From: Octopus sinensis
Taxonomy: Eukaryota
Length of the DNA: 47,194 nucleotides
Assembly: GCF_006345805.1 (NCBI RefSeq)
Contig: NW_021834941.1
Location: 1-47,194, forward strand
Direction of reading: 5' to 3'
Under the pieces are notes generated by a model. The model saw only the letters and a list, made by a program, of their open reading frames with translations, had not been told where the DNA came from and did no database searches. Position 1 is the first letter of the stretch, and every line of letters starts with the position of its first letter. This document shows positions 11,493 to 22,342 of this stretch, in pieces. A program made the position numbers and the translations under genes.

Positions 11493-11564
11493 ACATTCTG
11501 TCCGGTGTGCTAACGATTCTGTCATTTTCGCCACCTTAAATAATTCATTCACCTCTAGACACAA

Positions 11565-11695
11565 ATGCATTATTTACATTATTTACATTTGACGGATATT
11601 TGTCCTCATCTTGTTTGTTGTTAACACGTTTCGGCTAATATACCCTCCAGCTTTCATCAGGAGGAAACCTGGGTTCTCATTCCTAAGGTATTTTT
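11565..11695 (-). mobile_element. Penelope-type terminal-repeat fragment with decayed hammerhead core
   Basis: Minus strand CTGATGA-aagctgg-agggtata-ttagcc-GAAAC (11628-11660). Its start, ttatttacatttgacggata, is shared with 9946-9973. The PLE assignment is inference. Confidence 0.5.
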
Positions 11696-11698
11696 CGA

Positions 11699-11735
<37 letters not shown>

Positions 11736-11754
11736 ATTATTATTATTATTTTCT

Positions 11755-11877
11755 TTTATTATTCAGATCACTGCCTGGAATCGAACACGGAATCTTGGGA
11801 TTAGTAGCCCACGATCTTAACCACTACGCTTTATGCCATGGGCAATTATGGAGCTCGATTCCAGGCAGTGACCTGAA

Positions 11878-11885
<8 letters not shown>
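11755..11885. mobile_element. Short tRNA-derived SINE (minus, 11755-11830) plus inverted 3' stub (plus, 11854-11885), both ending in (AAT)n
   Basis: Minus strand gcgtagtggttaag (A-box), gggctactaatccc (anticodon-arm-like), gttcgattcc (B-box), aggcagtgatctgaataata. Confidence 0.7.
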
Positions 11886-11938
<53 letters not shown>

Positions 11939-11939
11939 C

Positions 11940-11971
<32 letters not shown>

Positions 11972-11994
11972 TTAATAATATCGAAAAATACCTT

Positions 11995-12082
11995 AGGCAA
12001 GGTAAAGAATGAAGGGTAAGGAAAGTCTCGGCGGAATTTGAACTTGGAAAGTAAAAAGCCGAAACAAATATCGCAAAACATT
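11995..12082 (-). mobile_element. SINE family B partial, cut by the mariner fold-back insertion
   Basis: aagtctcggcggaatttgaacttggaaagtaaaaag...gcaaaacatt. Confidence 0.6.
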
Positions 12083-12084
12083 TA

Positions 12085-12970
12085 CGTGGTCTGATCAATA
12101 AGTATCCGGACTTTGGCACAGTAACGAAGCTAAGGCATCCAGAGTGAAGGTCACTTGGCACAGATTGAACTTGAACTCTGCTGTTCTTGCGAACAAAGTT
12201 TTAACGTTCTAGCTCACTTCCGCTGTTTACAGCAGTGCATGGAAGGAAGGTGTGTAGCCTGTGATCGTCGCATTGACCATGATACAGAAGGTTGGGCAGA
12301 GAATCTGCATCACATTATGTCAAAAGCTTGGCGGCACCTGCTCAGAGGCCTACGCAAAATTTTCAAAAAGTTCTCACCGTTCCCGACACAATCAAGGAGA
12401 TATTGCGTAAGTGAAAACGAAATGTCTTTTTGGTCAGCTGAAAGCAATTTTGGCACAAACTTGACAGACACATGTCTCATACCCAAATCTTCAGTGATAA
12501 TGGATTGAACTGTAACTAATCTGCACATCCCCTGATAACTCACGGATGGTGAATCGACAGTATCCTCTCGCAGCTGCACGCACATCTGCTATGTTTTCCT
12601 CAGTTCTGCTGGTTGTGGGTCTCCCAGAACATTCGTCACTATCGATATTTTCGGTCATCTTGGAAACGTCTGAACCACTCGTACACTTGTGTGCAGTTCA
12701 CATACTCCTCTCCATACACTTTCTGCAACTTTGCGTCGGTCTCTGAGCAGGTATCACCATAACTTTCTCTGTCATGGTCAATGCGACGATCATATGCTAC
12801 ACACGTTCCTTCCAAGCACTGCTGTAAACAACAAAAGTGGGCTAGATCGTTGAAAACTTAGTGCGTATGCACAGCAAAGTTTGTGGTGATTCTGTGCCAA
12901 ACAGCTGTACTGTGTATGCTTTAGCTTCGTTACTATGGCAACAGTTCGGAAACTTATTGAACAGACCTCG
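12085..12970. mobile_element. Non-autonomous mariner built from two inverted 5' ends
   Basis: TA on both sides; ends cgtggtctgatcaataagtatccgga and ttcggaaacttattgaacagacctcg. The left arm encodes MIQKVGQRICITLCQKLGGTCSEAYAK (ATG 12279, +). The right arm encodes MTEKV..YEWFRRF..GRP..IITEDLGMRHVSVKFVPKLLSADQK (ATG 12775, -). Confidence 0.9.
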
Positions 12971-13014
12971 TACTTAGAAAGTCTTACGCTTTCATGTATT
13001 TCCAATATACTTTG

Positions 13015-13136
13015 TAGTTAGTAGGTAGGTAGGTAGGTGGGTGGGTAGGTAGGTACGTAGGTTGGTAGGCAGGTAGCTAGGTAGCTAGGTAGGTATGTAG
13101 GTAGGTAGGTAGGTAGGTAGGGAGGGAGGGAGGTAG
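13015..13136. repeat. (TAGG)n tetranucleotide array
   Basis: Direct reading. Confidence 0.95.
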
Positions 13137-13582
13137 TCCGTCGGTGCCAGATGGCGGCGAAGTCTGTGTTCTCAGCGATGAGAGCGCATTTGACTCTGTA
13201 GTCAAAAGCTGGAAGCACACAATCGCCCACAGATGTCATAGCAATAGTCTGTTGACTGGGTTGAGGTGCATGCTGCTCTGTGACGTTTTTCTCTTTGCAA
13301 CATGCAATTTCTTTCATGTATGTGTGTATGTGTGCGTGTGTGGGGGGGGGCGTGGGTGTGTTATGTGTGTGAGTTTGTGTGTATGGTGGCGTTCAGAGAT
13401 AGCTGATTTAAATCGACCCAGATATATGACTGGTACTTGATCTTTACTGATCTGCGATACAGAAAAAAAGCAACGAATATTTCGACATTTTAACTTAGAA
13501 CGTGACCAGCCGGAACTAAAACCTCAAGGCATTTTCTCCGATACACTAGTGATTCTTCTAATCCACAGCTCTGGAGATACAC

Positions 13583-13587
<5 letters not shown>

Positions 13588-13626
<39 letters not shown>

Positions 13627-13627
13627 A

Positions 13628-13718
<91 letters not shown>

Positions 13719-14032
13719 TACATACATGCATGTATGTATGCATGTATGTAGGTATGTATGTATAACAATGTGTAAGGTGCCCATATTTATCGCCAGCTGC
13801 TTCTTATATCTTCGCTGGAAATCAACCAGTTGGACGTGGTCCAGTATGGCCATCCCAACAGCGCCCTATTATGCCACTTCTGCAACACTTGACCGGCTGA
13901 CCGCCTGACAAGCAATTGTTGATCTTCAGGCTAATTCACAGCAACATGAAAATAGAAACGAACTATACATAGACATATGAAGGCTTTGAGAAGATTTTAT
14001 ATAACTAGCTTCATATCTGCACATATATCTGC

Positions 14033-14068
<36 letters not shown>

Positions 14069-14150
14069 ATACATACATACATATATATATACACATATAT
14101 ATGTATATATATATGTGTATATATATGTGTGTATATATATACATATTATA

Positions 14151-14205
<55 letters not shown>

Positions 14206-14229
14206 CATATATATATATATACATATACA

Positions 14230-14263
<34 letters not shown>

Positions 14264-14301
14264 ACATATATATATATACATATATATATATACATATATA
14301 T

Positions 14302-14332
<31 letters not shown>

Positions 14333-14595
14333 CATATATATATACATATACATATATAGATAGATATGCATGTGTATACATATATATATTTGCATATACG
14401 ATATTGTATGTATGTATGTATGTATATATAATACGTGTGTATGCGTGTATATGTATATACTTCAGCACGTGTCTTGAATAAATTTCCAAGTGGCCCTTCG
14501 CATTAACTGTATTTACGTATTTATGAATGTATGCATGCACATATGTGTGTGCAAATTTATATATATGTATATACATATACATATACATACATATA

Positions 14596-14665
<70 letters not shown>
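13588..14665. repeat. (CA)n, (ATGT)n and long interrupted (TA)n/(TACA)n arrays around a unique island at 13770-13935
   Basis: Direct reading. Confidence 0.9.
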
Positions 14666-14666
<1 letters not shown>

Positions 14667-15350
14667 AGATAGAGAGAGAGTGAAATAAATACATAGAAAC
14701 AGTACGTAGATGTGTGTGTATATATGTACACATACACAAACATAGTCATATATGCACACGCAAAGGCATTCACAATCATTGATACGTGTGGGGTGTATGT
14801 GTGTGTGAGTGTATGCGTATGATGTGCATGTGCACTAGTGTACGTGAGTGTATGTGAATTTGCTATATAGCAGAAATTTTACCTTTAGTCTCCTCTTGGT
14901 GGTTAAATTTCCGCAATGCATGAATTACTTATAACTGCTACCAGCTTTTAGCACACGAAGAATTAAGTACCATTCACTTTTGTTTTAAACTACACATAAT
15001 TCTCCACTCCCACGCTACCCGTACCACTGCCTACTCTCTGTCTTTCTTTCTCTCTCTCTCCCTCTCTCTTTCTGTCTATGCTTCTTTCTTACACTTTTAA
15101 CATTTTTACTTATTTCATTTCATTATTAATTAATCAAATGATTTTTTCCTCCCAACTTCGCAAATATATTCTAAACTTCTCTAGTACTATTCACTGAAGA
15201 TACACTTAATGTTGAAACTGTCTGTCTACAGATATAAAGATAACAGAACATATGTGTGTGTGTGTGTGTGTGTGTGTATACATATATTCATATATATGTG
15301 TGTGTATGCATATTTGTCTGCGTGTATATATATGTACACACACATATATA

Positions 15351-15727
15351 TTCTTTTACTTGTTTCAGCCAATTGACTGCGGCCATACCGGAGCACCGCT
15401 TTTAGTCGATCAAATCGACCCCAGGGCTTATTCTTTGTAAGCCTAGTACTTATTCTATTGGTCTTTTCCATCGAGCCGCCAAGTTACGGGGACGCAAACA
15501 CACCAGCATCGGTTGTCAAGTGATGTTGGGGGACAAACGCCGACACACAAACTTACAAGCATACGACGGGCGTCTCTCAGCTTCCGTCTACCAAATCCAC
15601 TTGCAAAGCTTTAGTTGGCCCGAGGCTATAGCAGAAGACACTTGCCCAAGGTTCCACGCAGTGGGACTGAACCCAGAACCATGTTGTTGGTAAGCAAGCT
15701 ATTTACCACACAGCCACTCCGGCGCCT
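15351..15727 (-). mobile_element. SINE family A, full length
   Basis: Tail ttcttttacttgtttcagcc to head ccacacagccactccggcgcc. Confidence 0.9.
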
Positions 15728-15747
15728 ATATATATATGCATATATGA

Positions 15748-16135
15748 AAATACAAAAATGGGACGAGAATGCAAAACATCCAGACAGTTAGGTGATGCAA
15801 AAAAGGGACAATAAAACATCCAGACAGACGATACAAAGAAAACAAGGACGGGTCATTCGGAGTTTTCTATCCTCACTCGAGTTCCAGATTATCTTTACAA
15901 TTTTGGCTGGTTATATACTCTAGGTTGCTCCAATCTGGCCAGCCCCAAAGAAAAACTAAGCTAAGAAAGCAGCGAATGTATGCGAAAACAAGGACGGGAA
16001 AAAAGGAGAATGTTACACAAATACAAATACAAATAACAGGACATAACAAAAGGTGTCTTTCGACTAAGGACTAATTAAATTAAGCTGGTGTCTGTGGAAG
16101 TAAAGCGGCAGTGACATAGGATTTGATAGGCACAA
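15748..16135. repeat. Dispersed repeat H (unclassified, possibly Penelope terminal-repeat derived)
   Basis: caaggacgggtcattcggagtt...gagttccagattatctttacaatttt; an inverted partial copy lies at ~24952-25105 and has the same internal aaaacatccagacag duplication. Confidence 0.6.
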
Positions 16136-16707
16136 TGAGGAATATAGATGTTGCACGTATGTATGTATGTATGTATGTATGTATGTATGTATGTATGTAT
16201 GTATGTATGTATGTATGTATGTATGTATGTGTGTATGTGTGTGTATATGTACATGTAAGCATCGTATTTTGTTGAGCAGAAAAAACTTCAGGAACTGTTA
16301 ATTAGAGTTTCATGTATCATCAGACATTAGCGTGTATTTAACGTATTTAGAGTTCAGCTTTGCCTATGTTCATGATTACCGACGCATCAAATAAATATTT
16401 AAAGCCGTTTGAGCAATTACATTGGAACAAACAAACATATACGGATATGTGTGTGCGTACAAATACATAGGTATGTATACATAAGAGGAGACAGAGGAAG
16501 ACGCGTTCTTCTACATTAGATACCTCGATACATCAGGCAGTGTTTATTATGTACTTGTATACTTATATACTTCGTGTTTGTACGCATCTATACTTCTACG
16601 TATATATGTATATATATATGTATATATATGTATATATATATATATATATATACTATATATATTATATATATATGTATATAAATATATATATATATGTATA
16701 TATATAT

Positions 16708-16812
16708 AGTTTTCCATTTGTTTCTTTTGTTGTTCACAACAAAGTTCGTATTCCATGTTTTCTTATTTTGTATTTCAAGTTGTTTAGTTTTTATGACGTC
16801 CTGTACCCATAT
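16708..16812. repeat. Dispersed repeat G (unclassified)
   Basis: tttccatttgtttc...cctgtacccatata is the reverse complement of tatgggtacagg...aaacaaatggaaa at ~25358-25485. Confidence 0.6.
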
Positions 16813-16879
16813 ATGCGCATATGTATATACATATTTCTGTAAGTATGTACTAATATGTATCATGTATGAAGTATGTATG

Positions 16880-16920
<41 letters not shown>

Positions 16921-16948
16921 ATTTATATTATAATTATACACATACTTA

Positions 16949-17190
16949 TAGGGGTTCAAATGTAGGCATACAGTAAGTATCACATCAATATTACAATACT
17001 TAATTCATTATTAGCACATTAAATTAGTTAGCCCGTTTTGGTGTTTTCAGTGTCATTAATCATGATAATACATTCATCATAATGATGATAATACTTTTGT
17101 CGTAACTTTTAATGTTTTGGATAAAAATAAATGAGTAGTGTACGTGTTTTCTTTTTTCATAACTGTATACTCACTTTTGCACACCCTTTG
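16949..17190. mobile_element. Probable old Tc1/mariner-type MITE
   Basis: TA on both sides; imperfect TIR taggggttcaaatgtaggcatacagt versus the reverse complement of the right end, caaagggtgtgcaaaagtgagtatacagt. Confidence 0.45.
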
Positions 17191-17384
17191 TATATATGTA
17201 TGTGTGTGTGTGTGTGTATGTAGATACATACATACTCACACATACACACACAAGTGCGTGCACACACACACACACACACAATTGCACACTCATATATGAA
17301 TGTTTTTATATTATAAGAAAATTTTTACATTAAACTGAAGAGTTATCAAATGTGTGCGTCCGTGGGATTAAGCAGTCATCTAAA

Positions 17385-18240
17385 TAATAATCCTGTTTTC
17401 TAGTAGATATTTGTGAATGTTCAAGCCATATTTTAATTTAGATTGTTCATACATCTGGACCTCCATGTATGCCATGACTAGATTGGTGTAAGGCAGAGCA
17501 ACTTTTGTCACCATGGCAGTCCCAGATTTTTGTTTGTAAATATTGCAAAGGGAGTCAAAAAAGTTTTTTTCGAGGATAAGCTTTAATCCTTCAGTGATGA
17601 AACTCTTTTCAATTCTGTCTGGAATTTCACGAGGGAATTTTTCAAGCCAGAAATTTATTGCCTCTAGTTCATATTGATATGAGATTGTGGTAGAGAGGTT
17701 TACCACATCAAAAAATATAATAGTGGTATCATTGTTTATGGACTTTGAGAGATGGTTTAACAGGTCCAGGTCGTCCCTTACAAAACTTGGTATGTATTTT
17801 AAAATAAGTTTCAGCAATATATCTAAAACGTTGCTGGATCAGTGTGTTTCACAGTTCGGGCCTGCTACGATTGGTCTAAATTTAAGGTCGGTGGGATATT
17901 GTATGGCTATGCAACTTGAAATTGGTTCTTTACACGCTTCCTTAATAGTTTGATTCTTGTGGAAATTTTTAGAAGACCGAAGAAGTAGCTAGTCTTGCAG
18001 TTAAAATGAGTTAGGTAGTCACATTCTTTGTTTGTTAAACCTTTTTGATGTCTGTGAATGACTGTGTTCAGTTTAGTCATTGTCTTTGATTTTGGTAATT
18101 ATTTACCTTTCCGTAGTGGATCATATCTTGTAATATAGATAGTATATCATTTTTGTAGTGTTCAACATCCCTAATAAGTTTAACACTTCACTTGTCTGTT
18201 TCCTTAATCATAAAGTTGTTCATGTATGATATCCCATTTC
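17385..18240 (-). pseudogene. Penelope-like element reverse transcriptase, decayed
   Basis: LTNKECDYLTHFNCKTSYFFGL..DLKFRPIVAGPNCET..ILLKLILKYIPSFVRDDLDLLNHL..FFDVVNL..YKQKSGTAMVTKVALPYTNLVMAY; RPIV, DV..L and GTAMG-like motifs with stops and frameshifts. Confidence 0.88.
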
Positions 18241-18254
18241 TTTCGACTGGTAAT

Positions 18255-18652
18255 GGGCTTCTTTCAGTTTTATTATTTCTTTATTGCCCACAAGGGGCTA
18301 AACACAGAGGGGACAAACAAGGACAGACAAAGGGATTAAGTCGATTACATCGACCCCAGTGCGTAACTGGTACTTAATTTATCGACCCCGAAAGGATGAA
18401 AGGCAAAGTTGACCTCGGTGGAATTTGAACTCAGAACGTAACGACAGACGAAATACCGCTAAGCATTTCGCTCGGCGTGCTAACGATTCTGCTAGCTCAC
18501 CGCCTTCAGTTTCTGCCTTCCAAATCTACTTACAAGGGTTTGGTCGGCCCAAGCCTATAGTACAAGACACTTTCCCATGGTGTCACGCAGCGGGACTGAA
18601 CCCGGAACCATGTGGTTGGAAAGCAAGCTTCTTACACAGCCACACTTGCGCC
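18255..18652 (-). mobile_element. SINE family A 5' half, split by family B
   Basis: gggcttctttcagttt [B] ttcagtttctgccttccaaatc...cacagccacacttgcgcc. Confidence 0.8.
18271..18504 (-). mobile_element. SINE family B (tail type 1), full length, 8-bp TSD
   Basis: Near-consensus copy; ttcagttt at 18263-18270 and 18505-18512. Confidence 0.92.
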
Positions 18653-18829
18653 CATTATGCTCATGGAAACTTGAGAGTGATGTTAATAATGACAGTAAGG
18701 CGGCGAACAGACAGAATCGTTACCGTACCGGCTAAGATACTCTGTGTGTGCGCGCGCGCCTGTGTGTGTGTATGTACCCGTGCGTGCGTGTTGCATGTGC
18801 GTGTGGTGTGAGCGTGTGCGTGTGTGTGT

Positions 18830-19050
18830 GCGTCTTTGTTTCCGCGTTTTAACCCCACCACCGCTCGACAACTGGTGATGGTGTGTTTACGTTCTCGTAA
18901 CTTAACGGTCCGACAAAGGAGAACCAGTAGAACAAGTATCAGGTTAAAAGGAAAAAGTGAATGCTGAGCTCGATTCATTCAACTGAAAAATTTTCTAGAC
19001 GGTGCCCCAGCATGGCCGCAGTTTAATGACTGAAACAAATAAAAAGAAAA
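18830..19050 (+). mobile_element. SINE family A 3' half, diverged
   Basis: ggtgtgtttacgttctcgtaacttaacgg...ggtgccccagcatggccgcag. Confidence 0.8.
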
Positions 19051-19074
19051 AATTATTTAAAAAAATATTAACAC

Positions 19075-19262
19075 AGCGGCAACTTCCATGATCGTTCAAT
19101 CTGCTAGAATTAGCAGCTAAATCTTACTCGAATCATTCTTTGCTGACATAAAAAATGAAAGACATTTTGGGTAAACACAGTTTGAATAAAATACAGGATG
19201 TCTTGAACAAAAGACGGTTTTACTTTATCATTGCTGACCTGGGGGGTCAAATAACATAACAA
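19075..19262 (+). mobile_element. Dispersed SINE-like repeat F
   Basis: ctgctagaattagcagctaaatct...gctgacctgggggg...aaataacataacaac. Confidence 0.55.
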
Positions 19263-19679
19263 CATTACCACAGCCTGCCACCCGACTCACCCCACCCCCA
19301 CCCCTCCGCCACACACCCGCTCACAGATATATAACCATTTCCGATACCATCACCACCGACGCTTGGAAAAGCATGTAACGCATAGCAACTATCTTAACAT
19401 GCAGGCAAACAAGCAGACAGGCAGACAGGCAGGCAGGCAGACACCAACGCCACCAGCGTGTGAAGATGTCCAATAATATATGAGATACATAACATGTCTA
19501 CAACCACAGCGATCGTTGAAGATAAGATCCATTTAATAGCGGAAACTTGCGAGATGGAGGCTGTCTACCAGCTTATCTCTCCATAAAAATGATGAAACTA
19601 TCGAAAGAATTATTTACTTATTATCACAGCCTGTTAGTATGTCTCTCCGAATGTCTACCCGTATACCTGTCCATTTTAT

Positions 19680-19689
19680 TCCCCCCCTC

Positions 19690-19735
<46 letters not shown>

Positions 19736-19815
19736 TTCTATCTCTCACTCTGTCTCCTTTCTCTCCCCGCACACACACTCTCTCTCCTCTTTCATCTCTC
19801 ACGGGTTCTGTCTTT
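19680..19815. repeat. (CT)n-rich polypyrimidine tract
   Basis: Direct reading. Confidence 0.9.
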
Positions 19816-20198
19816 CTCTTTCTTGTACATTTACGTTCTTTTTGGTAATTCTTTGAATTCTTCTCACAAAGACTTTTCAAAACTAAGAAACAAAGCTCCA
19901 TTATTGGAATTTAGATAACGTCAACCAGTAATAAGTTACACGCTCAGTTTTAGAAAATGACTTCTATATTTTCATTGTTCCACTTACAGATTAGATTTAC
20001 AGACTACAAGTTCTGTGGTTTATTTCTTGGTCTGAAAATGACGGCTTTTCGAAGTCATTACTTTGACAATTTCAACTGTTCGCAGAATTCAAAGCACTGA
20101 CAAAACTTTTGTGACTTCCTTTTGTATATATGCTCACTTGAAGCTATGTAAATTTGTTGGTATGTATGTATACATGCATGCACATGCACCATTCACAC

Positions 20199-20275
<77 letters not shown>

Positions 20276-20599
20276 CATACATGCATACACATAAAGACAA
20301 GCCTACTATATCATCCCTGACAGCTGTACCTGACATTTGTAGAAGCCACTAGGGTTAGTGGTTCTACCGTAAGTTTTCGAAACCTCGGAAATTCTGTGAT
20401 AAAGAGCCTACTAGAAGTATTTGTTTCATTTGTTCTCTCTATTATCTATCGCTCCATCATTTGACCCTCTGTGTGGGTGGGTGTGCGTGTTTGTGTGCAC
20501 ATTACATATCGTAATGCTCAAGAGATTTGAACTTGAGCACTACGAAGTGTATTCTACACAAAGAATACCTCTCTCTTCTCTCTCTCTCATATATATATA

Positions 20600-20653
<54 letters not shown>

Positions 20654-20687
20654 GAAAGAATGGAGACGAACGACGATTACCAAAATT

Positions 20688-20790
20688 CCTTTATTCTCGA
20701 CACATGTTTCGAAGACTGCATATTCTTAATTTCGAAGACTGCATATTCTTAAGGGTGCATTATGCCGTCTTTTCATCAGGAGAGACAAGG
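20688..20790 (-). ncRNA. Type I hammerhead ribozyme-like motif, probably from a Penelope-type terminal repeat
   Basis: 5'-CCTT GTC TCTC CTGATGA AAAGAC G GCATA...TATGC A GTCTTC GAAAC ATGT GTC|GAGA ATA AAGG-3'. All core nucleotides and stems I, II and III are present; one A.C mismatch at the base of stem II. Confidence 0.7.
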
Positions 20791-21109
20791 AACTTATGTC
20801 AGCATCATGACGAACAAAAACTTTTAGATGACTGCCCACACGGAGTCCATAGCAATAATGAGTGTTTCTTAAAAATATTCCGTTACAAGCAGTGACGTCA
20901 AAATTGGTTGGATGGATAAGATTCTAAAAAGTTCAAGAGTTCAAGAATGGTTGGAAGCGGCAAGTACTAAGAATAGGGGGTGACAGAGTGCAAGTCGTAT
21001 GTATGGTGATGCGTTGTTGTTTGCTTTTGCCAATGAGAATGAGTGCCTATGTGTGTGTATGTATATAACTGCATTCGTGTCTATGTGTGTGTATATGTGT
21101 GTGTGTGTG

Positions 21110-21180
21110 CGTAGATATGTCTCCTCAGGTGTTAGGATGTATCTCGTTAAAATAACGTCTGTTCTGCAACATTTCTTCTA
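21110..21180 (+). mobile_element. Short piece of the same mariner sequence as 23017-23080
   Basis: gtagatatgtctcctcaggtgttaggatgtatctcgttaaaataacgtctgttc versus gtagatgtgtctcttcaggtgtcaagatgtatctcgttaaaataacgtctgttc. Confidence 0.6.
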
Positions 21181-21279
21181 GGTATGTGTATACAAAAGCA
21201 GCAACTTAAGGGATGCAGTTTCATTATTATAGATCAATGACAAATATCAGATGCAAATGGAAACAAATGCACAATAGGT

Positions 21280-21652
<373 letters not shown>

Positions 21653-22060
21653 CTCTATACAAGTTTATCATATAGCGTAGTATTACACATTCCCACAAAA
21701 ATGTAGCAGACAAAAATATTTTCCATGAAGAAATGGTTCTTAACCTTCTTTTTCGTGAAGCGCACCCCCCTTTTAAGTAGTTGTTATGCCTAACATCTTC
21801 TTAAGTGCCGAGTGAGGTATCAACTCACTTAACACAGATGAATAATTTCTAAATTTTATTCTAAAAATGGATTGTAAACGCTTAATAGTGAAATAATAAA
21901 AAATTCAGTAGACAAAACTTGTAAATTTACTTTATGCGTTATAAACTAATGACTTTCTTGTACGTGATGAAATCTCGATAAATTTTCCTTACCTGGTCGA
22001 GCAAATCTGAAGAGTCTGCACATTTGTTCGATCTACTTAGATAGAATAGCACACTACTTA

Positions 22061-22258
22061 ACTCTTTTACTTGTTTCAGTCATCTGACTGCGACCATGCT
22101 GGAGCACCGCTTTTAGTTGAGCAAATCGCCCCCGGGACTTATTCCTTGTAAGCCTAGTACTTATTCTATCAGGCTCTTTTGCCAAACCGCTAAGTGATGG
22201 GGACGTAAACACACCAGCATCGTTGTCAAGCGATTTGGAGGGGACAAACACAGACGCA

Positions 22259-22342
<84 letters not shown>

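Larger units (their letters stand above)
10720..11538 (-). mobile_element. SINE family B split by nested insertions (10720-10857 and 11496-11538)
   Basis: Core/B-box part ends at gtaaaggcaaaag; the head part cattctgtccggtgtgctaacgattctg resumes after the family A tail. Confidence 0.65.

Noticed and set aside
13144-13320. VLSDESAF resembling the Tc1 FSDES motif
   Set aside because: No other transposase motif, TIR or similarity to the two Tc1 elements.
13926-14779. Many overlapping YIYI/HTHT ORFs (also at 6.5-7.0, 16.5-16.9, 24-26, 32-34 and 39.7-41.8 kb)
   Set aside because: Translations of (TA)n, (CA)n and (TACA)n repeats.
15870-15960. ggctgg...ccagcc hairpin in repeat H as a hammerhead stem II
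   Set aside because: It lacks CUGANGA and a valid NUH site in both copies.
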